DNA from: SAR324 cluster bacterium
Lineage (GTDB): Bacteria > SAR324 > XYD2-FULL-50-16 > HCM1
NCBI GenBank assembly: GCA_002995645.1
Contig: PUHO01000005.1
Location: 77,125 to 141,124, forward strand
Direction: 5' to 3'
Length of the DNA: 64,000 bases
The notes below the pieces were generated by a model, which saw only the letters and a list, made by a program, of their open reading frames with translations, did not search any database and was not told the DNA's origin. This document shows positions 49,079-57,791 of this stretch, piece after piece. Numbering within the stretch: the first letter of the stretch is position 1; each line of letters starts with the position of its first letter. The position numbers were made by a program, and so were the translations under genes.

Positions 49079-49483
49079 ATGCCTGATTCAGATAACAACT
49101 CTTCCTCTAGCGAACAAAGTAAAGAAATGAAAAGTCAAGACAAAGCGCTTGCTCCCATTTCTTCTAAGAATAGTGCCTCCACCATTCTAGAATCTTTTCC
49201 TAAAACGAACGTTAATATTGATATCCTTATGGACGTCAAATTAAAGCTCACGTGCCAAGTTGGCGAATCACAAATGTATATTCGTGATTTACTATCACTT
49301 GGGCAAGGTTCGGTTATTGAACTACGTCGTCTTATTGGAGAACATCTTGATATTTTGGTTAACGGAAAATTACTAGCTAAAGGAGAAGTTGTTATTGTTA
49401 ACGAAAAGTTCGGCATTCGTATTAACGATATTCTATCTAAAGAAGATCGTATTCGTTTTCTAGGACCGCAAGACGATGAATGA
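49079..49483 (+). CDS. fliN: Flagellar motor switch protein FliN (SpoA domain)
   Basis: ILMDVKLKLTCQVGESQMYIRDLLSLGQGSVIELRRLIGEHLDILVNGKLLAKGEVVIVNEKFGIRINDI aligns along its length with the FliN C-terminal domain. Confidence 0.85.
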   Translation: MPDSDNNSSSSEQSKEMKSQDKALAPISSKNSASTILESFPKTNVNIDILMDVKLKLTCQVGESQMYIRDLLSLGQGSVIELRRLIGEHLDILVNGKLLAKGEVVIVNEKFGIRINDILSKEDRIRFLGPQDDE

Positions 49484-50558
49484 TTCTTCTTTTATGCAAA
49501 TTGCCATTGACGAGGCAAAAAAAGCATACTATCCGCCTTTACCTAATCCGCGTGTTGGCGCTGTTTTAGTAGATAAACAAGGTACGATTCTTTCTAAAGG
49601 ATATCATGCTAAAGCAGGCGACGATCATGCTGAACGTATGGCGCTGAAAAACTGGTCTCACGTTCCTTCTGACGCAACCTTATACGTTACGTTAGAGCCG
49701 TGTAATTTTTTTGGCAAAACCCCGCCTTGCCTTGATTTGCTTCTAGAAAAAAAAGTTAAAAACGTTGTGATTGGAACGTTAGATCCTAATCCTTTAGTTG
49801 CCGGGCAATCTGTTACGGCTTTAAAAGAACAGGGGCTTAACGTGAAAGTTGGTATACTTGAACAAGAATGTAAAGATTTATCTACTTTCTATAATACGCT
49901 CATTCGCAAACAACGTTGTTTTGTATCAGTAAAGGCAGCTATTACACTTGATGGGAAAATTGCCATGCCGTCAGGTGAATCACAATGGATTACTTCGCAA
50001 AAAGCACGCGATTATGGACATACCCTACGTAGTTTACACGAAGGCATCGCCGTTGGATCTAATACCCTTCAAATGGATAACCCTAGATTAACAGATAGAA
50101 CAACGTCGACTCCGCGTAATCCTCACCGCATTCTTTTCACTAATACCGGCGATATTCCTTTGGAATCTCATTTTTATTGCAATAAAGAAACGAAGCGATT
50201 CATTTTTGTTGGCAGCCAAGCTGATAAACAAAAACTCCAATCTTTGAAAAAACAAGGATTTTTTCTTTTTCAATCGCAATACGCAAGCTTTCCTGTTGAA
50301 AAAGCTTTGGAAATACTATATAAACAACATATATATTCTGTATTAATAGAAGGCGGGCGCGGTTTAATTAGCTCTTTTTTAAAAGCTGATTATATTGATC
50401 AAATATATTTGTTTCAATCTGGTAAAATTATTGCTTCTAATAAAGCGGCAAGCTGGTGCGAAGGACTGTCTTTTAATACTTTAGATGAAACCCCGCATTT
50501 TAAATTAAAAGAGCATACCGTACTAGATAACGATATACTTACTATTTGGCAACGTTAA
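49476..50558 (+). CDS. ribD: Bifunctional riboflavin biosynthesis deaminase/reductase
   Basis: Deaminase zinc motifs HAERMAL and TLEPCNFFGKTPPC, plus a C-terminal reductase domain. It overlaps the fliN stop by 8 nt. Confidence 0.9.
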   Translation: MNDSSFMQIAIDEAKKAYYPPLPNPRVGAVLVDKQGTILSKGYHAKAGDDHAERMALKNWSHVPSDATLYVTLEPCNFFGKTPPCLDLLLEKKVKNVVIGTLDPNPLVAGQSVTALKEQGLNVKVGILEQECKDLSTFYNTLIRKQRCFVSVKAAITLDGKIAMPSGESQWITSQKARDYGHTLRSLHEGIAVGSNTLQMDNPRLTDRTTSTPRNPHRILFTNTGDIPLESHFYCNKETKRFIFVGSQADKQKLQSLKKQGFFLFQSQYASFPVEKALEILYKQHIYSVLIEGGRGLISSFLKADYIDQIYLFQSGKIIASNKAASWCEGLSFNTLDETPHFKLKEHTVLDNDILTIWQR

Positions 50559-50572
50559 ATATAACTTTCTTT

Positions 50573-51223
50573 ATGTTCACCGGTTTAATTGAAGAAGTAG
50601 GAACGTTAGTTTCATTTCAACACCAACACAACGATGCAAAGTTAGCTATTGCTTGTACGTCGTTGCAAAAGGACTTAACTATTGGCGATAGCGTCGCTTG
50701 TAACGGCGTTTGTTTAACAATCGTAGACTTTACAAATACGCAAATTAACGTTGATTTATCACTAGAAACAAAAGAGCTGTCATTATTTGCAAATATGGCA
50801 AAAGGATCTGCTATTAATTTGGAACGAGCGTTAACTTTGCAAAAACGACTTGGAGGGCATATATTACAAGGACATGTTGACGGGCTAAGTTCACTTATTG
50901 CAATAAAAGCAATTTCTACTAGTTACGTTTTAACGTTTGACCTTGCTTCGCATTTAAGACAGTACGTAGTATATAAAGGTTCTATTGCCATTGACGGCAT
51001 TAGCTTAACTATTTGCGACTTAACAGAAGATACGTTTAGCGTTAGCGTCATTCCACATACCTATGCAAATACAAATCTAAATACATTATTACAAGGTAAC
51101 AAAGTACATCTTGAAACAGATATACTTGGTAAATACGTAGAAAATATGTTAACTTTTAGAACAAAAAAAGAAAGCTCTTCTATTACTACTAGTTTTTTAC
51201 AAGAAAACGGTTTTTTACTTTAG
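50573..51223 (+). CDS. ribE: Riboflavin synthase (alpha chain)
   Basis: Canonical N-terminus MFTGLIEEVGTL, so I prefer ATG 50573 to the tracked TTG at 50546. Duplicated lumazine-binding repeats (GDSVACNGVCLT / GSIAIDGISLT). Confidence 0.9.
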   Translation: MFTGLIEEVGTLVSFQHQHNDAKLAIACTSLQKDLTIGDSVACNGVCLTIVDFTNTQINVDLSLETKELSLFANMAKGSAINLERALTLQKRLGGHILQGHVDGLSSLIAIKAISTSYVLTFDLASHLRQYVVYKGSIAIDGISLTICDLTEDTFSVSVIPHTYANTNLNTLLQGNKVHLETDILGKYVENMLTFRTKKESSSITTSFLQENGFLL

Positions 51224-51244
51224 CAAAATTTCCCTTTTTAATAT

Positions 51245-52000
51245 ATGAGTGTCGTCGTTAATATTGGTAATCAAGTTACTTCTTTTGGTATTTTTTCAAA
51301 AAACGCTTCCCATTTTTTTAGTATAAAAACTAAAGAAGCGGCTTCGTTTATTGAATATAAATTAAAGTTAGAACTCAAACAAAGGAATCTTTCTATTGTA
51401 CATAAACAAGCGATTATTATTAGTGTAGTAGAAAACTTCACTACAGTATATAAAACGCTTCTAGACAAGCTTACAAACAAGGCTAGTTACGTAGTATCGC
51501 CGATAAATTTTCCATTTATAAAAACAAAAGTAGACCCTACAAGTGTTGGAGCAGATAGGTTAATGAATGCTTTTTACGCCAATCAAACACATAAAAAAAA
51601 TACGTTAATTATTGATATAGGAACGGCAACTACATTTGACATAATAGACGAAAACGGTATTTTTATTGGTGGAGCCATTACGCCCGGTATTAAAACCATG
51701 TTACGCAGCCTATTTCAAAATACAAATAAAATCAAAGACATACCTTTAACACTCCAAACTAAAACCTTACTTGGTAAAAACACGCAAGAAGCGGTTAACT
51801 CCGGTTTATTCTATGGACATGCTTCGTTAATTGACGGTATGATTCGTAAATTGGAACAATCTTTGCAAATTCACTTAAAGAAAATAGCAACCGGTGGCTT
51901 AGCAACAAGTATTATTCCTTTTTGTGAGTTACAAAACGAAATTAGCATACAAAAAAATCTCACTTTACAAAGTGGCGCTTTATTAGCTCCTTATATATAA
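51245..52000 (+). CDS. coaX: Type III pantothenate kinase
   Basis: NIGNQ, GADRLMNAF and IIDIGTATTFD motifs of the CoaX/ASKHA fold. Confidence 0.8.
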   Translation: MSVVVNIGNQVTSFGIFSKNASHFFSIKTKEAASFIEYKLKLELKQRNLSIVHKQAIIISVVENFTTVYKTLLDKLTNKASYVVSPINFPFIKTKVDPTSVGADRLMNAFYANQTHKKNTLIIDIGTATTFDIIDENGIFIGGAITPGIKTMLRSLFQNTNKIKDIPLTLQTKTLLGKNTQEAVNSGLFYGHASLIDGMIRKLEQSLQIHLKKIATGGLATSIIPFCELQNEISIQKNLTLQSGALLAPYI

Positions 52001-52050
52001 CTAGAGTTTATAAAAAATAAAGAAATTTTCTTTATAATCAAGGTATTAAC

Positions 52051-52950
52051 ATGGCAGAAGAACAAGACAACTGGGACGGTCTTGAAGAAGAAGACAAGCT
52101 TGACGATTCGTCTCTTGATTCCTTTTTTGAAGATCTATCTTCTATAGACGAGCCTTATAGCAACGAAGAATCTCCTAATACATTAGATCAAAGTTTTCTA
52201 GAAAATAACAATACTCCGCAACCTGTTAAAGCGCAACCTCCTGCAAAAAAAAGACGCTGGATTCTTCCTTTACTCGTTCTTATTGTTGTTGGTGCCGGTG
52301 CATGGTGGTTTTTACATACCCCTACTGCTGATAAAGCAAATAAACAACTATTTCCCGCTAGCGACATTGACCTTGTTAATAAAGATCAACTGCCTAAGTT
52401 TAATATTGAACCACCGCAAGAGAAAACAAAAAGTATTGTTTTTAAACCGTCTGTTACAGCAAGCTCGCATCAATATTATGTACAAGTTGCGATTTGTTCC
52501 TTTGATTCGTGTACTAAACAATTTTCTAATAAGCTACGTCGCTTACAAGAACCGGTTTACTATAAAAACAAAAAAGACAGCTTTGATTTTATTGTCGTAA
52601 TCACACGTAAAGTCATGGATTATGAAACGGCAAACTTAGTAGTTGATAAAATAAACCGTATTAACAAATTAACGGGGCACGCTTCTATTGTAGCGCTTAC
52701 TTCAGGCTACCGTGTTACTATGGGAACTTTTACTGCTCTAGACAGAGCTAAAGAACTCAAAAACTACCTAGAAAAAATCACGGCGGCAACAGACAAAGAC
52801 ATGATTCAATTTAGCCTAGAACGTTCGCAAAAAGCCTATACAACTACTAAAGTACTTGCTGGACCTTATGTTAGTCGTGATCAAGCATTGAATGTTGTAC
52901 GTAAACTACGTAATAATAAATTTAAAGGCATTTTTATTACTAAGCTCTAG
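52051..52950 (+). CDS. Membrane-anchored SPOR-domain-like protein
   Basis: Acidic N-terminus, one TM (WILPLLVLIVVGAGAWWF), then two SPOR-like repeats (YYVQVAICSF... and KVLAGPYVSRDQALNVVRKLR). Confidence 0.5.
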   Translation: MAEEQDNWDGLEEEDKLDDSSLDSFFEDLSSIDEPYSNEESPNTLDQSFLENNNTPQPVKAQPPAKKRRWILPLLVLIVVGAGAWWFLHTPTADKANKQLFPASDIDLVNKDQLPKFNIEPPQEKTKSIVFKPSVTASSHQYYVQVAICSFDSCTKQFSNKLRRLQEPVYYKNKKDSFDFIVVITRKVMDYETANLVVDKINRINKLTGHASIVALTSGYRVTMGTFTALDRAKELKNYLEKITAATDKDMIQFSLERSQKAYTTTKVLAGPYVSRDQALNVVRKLRNNKFKGIFITKL

Positions 52951-52959
52951 CCTCTTTTA

Positions 52960-53006
52960 GCATATAGATAAGTTTTTCCTAACAGCTTATTTATATGCAT
53001 TTTTTC
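52960..53006 (+). terminator. Hairpin terminator after the SPOR-protein gene
   Basis: 13-bp stem GCATATAGATAAG / CTTATTTATATGC with one mismatch and a 13-nt loop, followed by ATTTTTTC. Confidence 0.6.
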
Positions 53007-53147
53007 AAACAACCGCCCTTCTTCTTACATTAAAAGCAAAATATATACTTATATCCTATCAAGATATTATATATCATTTTGACAATAAACTATAATCTCT
53101 TTACACTATCTTTATAATAAAGCATATTTTATATATTAGGAGATAAG

Positions 53148-54254
53148 ATGATTATATCTATATTTAACAACAAAGGTGGCGTTGGTAAAACAACGTTACT
53201 ATATCATTTTGCTCATGCATTAAGTGAATTAGGGAACAAAGTATTATTACTTGATATAGATCCACAATGTAACTTAACAATCAATGCCATTGAGGAAGAA
53301 AAAATCCATGATATTTGGGAAAAAGAAGAACCTTTTATTGACGACTACACAGAAGCAAAGAAAGAGCATAGCGATGATGAATTTAACAGTTTATTAGAAG
53401 AATCTCGCTCGATTCATTTTCTTTTAAAACCACTAGAAGAAGATACTGGTGAAACGTTAATTGCTAAGCCATATAAATTAACTGATAATCTTGACATTAT
53501 TCCCGGCAATTTAACATTACAATTCTTTGAAGCTCATATATCTAGAAGATGGGGCGAAGCTTTAATGGGGAAAAATAGCGGTCTTCGTATCATTAAATCT
53601 ATTAAAGATTTAGCACAAAAATATAAAGAAGAATATAACTATGACTATGTTTTAATTGATACCTCCCCTAGTTTAGGTGATTTAAACAAAATAGGCGTTG
53701 CCCTGTCTGATTTCTTTTTTATTCCTTGTTCTCCTGATATTTATTCTATATATGGCATTAGAAATATTGGCAAAACTTTAGAAAGGTGGCATCAAGAATT
53801 TACTGTATTACAAAACGTATTACCTCAAAATATGCAAAAGAAATTAAATTTTCAAATGGTTAAACTCATTGGGTACGTTCCTTATAATTTAAAGAAATAC
53901 TCCAGCTCTTTAAATGAACTTGAACTTGCAACAGGACACTATGAACATGTAATAAAACTTCCAAAAGAAATTATCAAGCAAATTGATTCAAAATTCTTTG
54001 CTACTTCTGGAGAAACAATGAAAGAGATTATAAGCAAAAAAATCATCTACTCTCATAATACTTTTACAGGAGTGGCACAAAAATATCATCAACCTATATG
54101 GAAAGTCCATGATAACCTAAGCAAGTGGAATGAAGAAGATAAGACTACGCTCCAAAGCAAAAAAAAACAATATCAAGAAACCCGACCTATGTATCTTGCA
54201 TTTGCAAAAGAAATGATACAGAGAATAGAAAGAGGGACTAATGGGAATAGATAA
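53148..54254 (+). CDS. ParA/MinD-like P-loop ATPase (368 aa; extended relative to partition ParA)
   Basis: Deviant Walker A NNKGGVGKTTLL, A' box LLLDIDPQCNLT and a Walker B-like YVLIDTSPSLG. AGGAG lies 5 nt before the ATG. Confidence 0.85.
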   Translation: MIISIFNNKGGVGKTTLLYHFAHALSELGNKVLLLDIDPQCNLTINAIEEEKIHDIWEKEEPFIDDYTEAKKEHSDDEFNSLLEESRSIHFLLKPLEEDTGETLIAKPYKLTDNLDIIPGNLTLQFFEAHISRRWGEALMGKNSGLRIIKSIKDLAQKYKEEYNYDYVLIDTSPSLGDLNKIGVALSDFFFIPCSPDIYSIYGIRNIGKTLERWHQEFTVLQNVLPQNMQKKLNFQMVKLIGYVPYNLKKYSSSLNELELATGHYEHVIKLPKEIIKQIDSKFFATSGETMKEIISKKIIYSHNTFTGVAQKYHQPIWKVHDNLSKWNEEDKTTLQSKKKQYQETRPMYLAFAKEMIQRIERGTNGNR

Positions 54255-54933
54255 CATAGATAACATAATGTCATGGTATAGAGAAGCTACGCAAAAAAAT
54301 ATATATGTAGACAATACCAAAACGCTTTGCGATATTATACACGATCAAATTAGATCACACTTTGACGAGCTTCCAGAAAAAAAAGATATTGTTTATGATA
54401 TTCGTGGTCGTATTAAAGAAGAAGCAAGTTTAAAAGAAAAATTAAAAAGAAAACCAAAAACTATTAAAACAAAAGAAAAATTCTTTTCCCAAATTACCGA
54501 TCTAATTGGCATACGCATTCTAGTTTTATACCCACAACACCTTAAAGATGTACATAACTTTATACTAGAAAATAAAGATAAAGGGAATTGGATATTGCCT
54601 GAAGAACCAATAGCCTATACATGGGATAGTGATGTAAAAACATTCTTACATGACAAAGTTGGCATAAGCAAAAAAAAGATTAAGCCTAAAAGCAGTTTAT
54701 ATTCTAGTATACACTACCTAGTTAAGCCGAATGAGATTAAAACTACTCCTTGTTGTGAAATACAAGTACGAACCTTATTAGAAGAAACATGGGGAGAAAT
54801 AGATCATAGCTTCAATTATCCGAAAGAACATGAAAACAAGTACATTAAAAATAACTTAAAAGCATTAGCTAAGATCATTAGTGCAGGCAATAAACTAGTA
54901 GAAGGTATTTATGACTGCACCGCAGAAAAATAA
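54241..54933 (+). CDS. Stand-alone RelA/SpoT-synthetase-domain protein (small alarmone synthetase or toxSAS-like nucleotide pyrophosphokinase)
   Basis: Motifs GRIKEEASLKEKLKRK, ITDLIGIRILVLY, LYSSIHYLVK and CEIQVRTLLEETWGEIDHSFNY. Its ATG overlaps the stop of the upstream gene (14-nt overlap). Confidence 0.85.
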   Translation: MGIDNIDNIMSWYREATQKNIYVDNTKTLCDIIHDQIRSHFDELPEKKDIVYDIRGRIKEEASLKEKLKRKPKTIKTKEKFFSQITDLIGIRILVLYPQHLKDVHNFILENKDKGNWILPEEPIAYTWDSDVKTFLHDKVGISKKKIKPKSSLYSSIHYLVKPNEIKTTPCCEIQVRTLLEETWGEIDHSFNYPKEHENKYIKNNLKALAKIISAGNKLVEGIYDCTAEK

Positions 54934-55002
54934 GAATACTTTATCTAGGAATATAAAAAAGCTAGTCTTCCCTAACCTTTTCCTATTCCTAATAAAACAA
55001 AA

Positions 55003-55884
55003 CTAGTCTTGTACCGCGCCTTTCATTTGTATATCAAAATAAAAACCGGCAAGGTTATCGTTAACAACGCGAACGTCTAAAGCATTACCGTCTTGCCTTA
55101 ACAAACTATTGATTTTCAAAATATTTAAACCAGAATACAAAAATTTATCATGTTGATCACAAATCGTGTTCACCCATGTTTTATTCCATTTCATATCTAG
55201 TTGTTCCTCTAAATCAATATGTACTTGTAATTGATTAGCGTTATTTTGATTATCTGCCAACACACGTAACGTTACTGTCTTAGATTTTTGCAAAGACAAA
55301 ACTTCAGCGCATAAACGTTGTAGCACCTTAGTATATAAATTAAAATCTACTGACACATTAGGCGGGATATTGTCTGCATAACGAACGTCAACAACAACGC
55401 CGTGTTTTTCTAAAGGCTCTATAATCGGTTGCAATAAGGCGTCTAAAGCAACTTCTTTAGTGTCTATAATTTCATTGGTACTTAAATCTTGACAAAAATC
55501 TTCTACATGCTCAAATGAAGTTAACACCTTGGAAGCTTCTTGCATACAAGCTTGTAAGCTTAATTTAACTTCTTCGTCCGCAACGTTGCCAATAATTTCT
55601 TCTAGATTTTCAATCACTGCAGAAACCGGTTTTTTCAAATTATGCATAATATCGGCAATAACTTGATAATTTTCCTGATTCCCCGCTACTTCTTTTTGAT
55701 AGCGCTCAAGCCAAACTTGTTGTTGTTCTTGTAGCGTATTAATTTCTGATTTACTCTTTGCTTGCTCTTGCTCAAGTAAATTCATTCTTTCATGTAGCTC
55801 AGACATTTCGTTACTCATATCGCTTAATAAGCGATCTGTTTCCGTTAATATCTTCGGCTTGTTTAAGCGATTTACAGTAATCAC
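55003..55884 (-). CDS. Cytoplasmic histidine-kinase-like protein with an apparently degenerate ATP-binding domain
   Basis: N-terminal coiled coil; H-box-like ADIMHNLKKPVSAV; the C-terminal region has HATPase-like spacing but no clear N/G1/G2 boxes. GTG start at 55884, preceded by GGAG. Confidence 0.45.
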   Translation of the reverse strand: MITVNRLNKPKILTETDRLLSDMSNEMSELHERMNLLEQEQAKSKSEINTLQEQQQVWLERYQKEVAGNQENYQVIADIMHNLKKPVSAVIENLEEIIGNVADEEVKLSLQACMQEASKVLTSFEHVEDFCQDLSTNEIIDTKEVALDALLQPIIEPLEKHGVVVDVRYADNIPPNVSVDFNLYTKVLQRLCAEVLSLQKSKTVTLRVLADNQNNANQLQVHIDLEEQLDMKWNKTWVNTICDQHDKFLYSGLNILKINSLLRQDGNALDVRVVNDNLAGFYFDIQMKGAVQD

Positions 55885-56199
55885 CTGGACTCCATTACAT
55901 ATAGTTATCTATACAGTTATTTTGTCTCTATTTGGACAGTTTCTGTTTCTCCTAGAACTTAAATGCAAGAATCGCGACACAATAGTTATATCTTGTAAAT
56001 TTACTTCATGTAAAAAAAATAAACTCCAATTGTTTCAGTAATTTAAAAAAATCACTTAGACGCCGTTACATATAGTTATCTATACAGTTATTTTGTCTCT
56101 GTTGGGACAGCTTCTGTTTCTCCTAAACTTAAATGCAAGAAGCGCGAGACCATAGTTGTATCTTGTAAATTGACTTCACGTAAAAAAAACATACTCCAA
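55858..56199. repeat. Tandem duplication of about 170 nt (two copies)
   Basis: The core 55880-56029 aligns with 56050-56199. By hand count there are about 15 substitutions and one 1-nt indel. Copy 2 encodes the last roughly 37 codons plus the stop of the 56088..56987 gene. Copy 1 is non-coding in that frame and carries the RBS and GTG start of the 55003..55884 gene. Confidence 0.9.
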
Positions 56200-56987
56200 A
56201 AAATATAGGTAATAGGAAGGCTAATCGCATGAAGAATATAGCGAAATAGAAGATACGTAGGCGAGGAAAGAAGTTGAATACTTTGCTCTAATACCGCTTT
56301 GTTTAACGCGGCGTTATTTTTTCCACTAGGATCAACTAGTAAACTTTGCCAAAGTTGCATAAACTTAGTATTAGAAAGAATGTAAGGTAAGGTAAAAACA
56401 GAATCAAATAAATGAGAAAATAAATAAATACCCATAAGAGCAGCTAATATTTTAGAAAATTGTTTTGAAATTAATTTATAACTCGCTTGCAAACAAGGCA
56501 CTATAGCTTTAACATCAATTTGATTCCACAAAATCGCAAAATAATAACTAAAAAAATAAAATATAAATAAAGAAAAAATGATAACACTAACAATAAAGCC
56601 AAGCATTATATTTGCTTGCGAAAGTATGCTTACTAAGCCCATAAATTGCATCAAAAAATGAGAAATAAAATATAAAATATATACAAGCAAAATAAAAGGC
56701 TTTAATATTTGTAAGGTTGCCATAGGATTAACTAACCGATAAGAATAGGCGGTTGGCAAAGTTAAAAAAGTAGCGCCTGCCAATAAAGGCATATATATAA
56801 TATCAACAATCCCGGCAATATAACCGGGAAGTAGTAATTGTAAAATAAAAAAAGGAACAGAAACTAAGAAATAGATTGTTATATAAGAAGTAAAATAACG
56901 CTTATATAACAAGATAGCTTGCTTTAATAAGCCAAGGAAATTAGGAGAGAAAACAATATCAGCCGGGGTAATGTTAGTTTGATTCAT
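56088..56987 (-). CDS. Polytopic integral membrane protein, unknown function
   Basis: A 299-aa protein with about 6-7 hydrophobic segments. No recognisable motif. Confidence 0.55.
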   Translation of the reverse strand: MNQTNITPADIVFSPNFLGLLKQAILLYKRYFTSYITIYFLVSVPFFILQLLLPGYIAGIVDIIYMPLLAGATFLTLPTAYSYRLVNPMATLQILKPFILLVYILYFISHFLMQFMGLVSILSQANIMLGFIVSVIIFSLFIFYFFSYYFAILWNQIDVKAIVPCLQASYKLISKQFSKILAALMGIYLFSHLFDSVFTLPYILSNTKFMQLWQSLLVDPSGKNNAALNKAVLEQSIQLLSSPTYLLFRYILHAISLPITYIFWSMFFLREVNLQDTTMVSRFLHLSLGETEAVPTETK

Positions 56988-57199
56988 AAATAGGTTACGT
57001 AAAAGGTCAAAGTCTAGTAAATTATTTTATAATACTTGAAATTATCAAACTACGCAAATAATTAAGCATTTTCTTTAGCAAGATTTATCTCTATCTATTT
57101 ACTTTTGCAGAGAATAAGTCTATTATAATAAAAAAACTTGTAAGAGCATCAAAGTAGCATTCGCCTTATTTCTCAATTAATTATTACATTATAAAATAC

Positions 57200-57787
57200 A
57201 TGAATATTCATTCAGCTGAATATGTGCAAAGTTTTGTTAAAGTAAGTGACGTTAAACTTGCACCTTTACCTAGTATAGCTTTTATTGGACGATCCAACGC
57301 AGGCAAATCAACTTTAATGAACCGGCTTTTACAAAGAAAAAGCTTAGTCAAAACCAGTTCCACTCCCGGAAAGACGCAACTAATCCATTATTTTCTTGTG
57401 AATAAAGAAATGTATTTTATTGATCTTCCCGGCTACGGTTTTGCAAAAACGCCTTTACGTGTGCGACAATCATGGGAAACTATGATATATGACTTTATTA
57501 CTCATGCGCCGAATTTAAAACTAGCTTGTCATCTTGTAGATATACGTCATAAACCTTCGCAAGCAGATTATGATTTTCATGAACATTTATATATAATTAA
57601 GCAACCTTATTGTATTATTGCTAATAAAACAGATAAACTTCCTAAAACAAAACGAGCCAAAGCCCTTCGCGATATACAACAAGCTTTTTCTTTTCAAAAA
57701 GCTACCATTTTCCCGCATTCTGCATTGGAGAACATAGGAACAAACGCTATATGGCAGTATATAAATCAAGCAATCTTAACTAAATAA
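57200..57787 (+). CDS. engB: Ribosome-biogenesis GTPase YihA/EngB
   Basis: G1 GRSNAGKSTLMN, G3 DLPGYGFA and G4 NKTDK. Confidence 0.9.
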   Translation: MNIHSAEYVQSFVKVSDVKLAPLPSIAFIGRSNAGKSTLMNRLLQRKSLVKTSSTPGKTQLIHYFLVNKEMYFIDLPGYGFAKTPLRVRQSWETMIYDFITHAPNLKLACHLVDIRHKPSQADYDFHEHLYIIKQPYCIIANKTDKLPKTKRAKALRDIQQAFSFQKATIFPHSALENIGTNAIWQYINQAILTK

Positions 57788-57791
57788 GTAT

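Noticed and set aside
53148-54254. Ordinary chromosome or plasmid partition ParA
   Set aside because: There is no parB-like gene or parS-like palindrome nearby. The protein is about 100 aa longer than Soj/ParA. Its stop overlaps the start of a RelA/SpoT-synthetase gene. The partition role is not excluded but is not supported.
54946-54991. Inverted repeat TAGGAATA ... TATTCCTA after the SAS gene as a terminator
   Set aside because: The 8-bp arms are separated by a 30-nt loop with no T-tract, so this is not a convincing intrinsic terminator.
52973-54995. Direct repeats (att-like) flanking the ParA-SAS pair: TTTTCCTAA at about 52975 and TTTTCCTA at about 54978
   Set aside because: The match is only 8-9 nt in very AT-rich DNA, which is expected by chance. 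No integrase or recombinase is present.
55859-56041. 60-aa ORF on the + strand
   Set aside because: It lies entirely within the decayed copy of the 170-nt tandem duplication and is the antisense of relic coding sequence.
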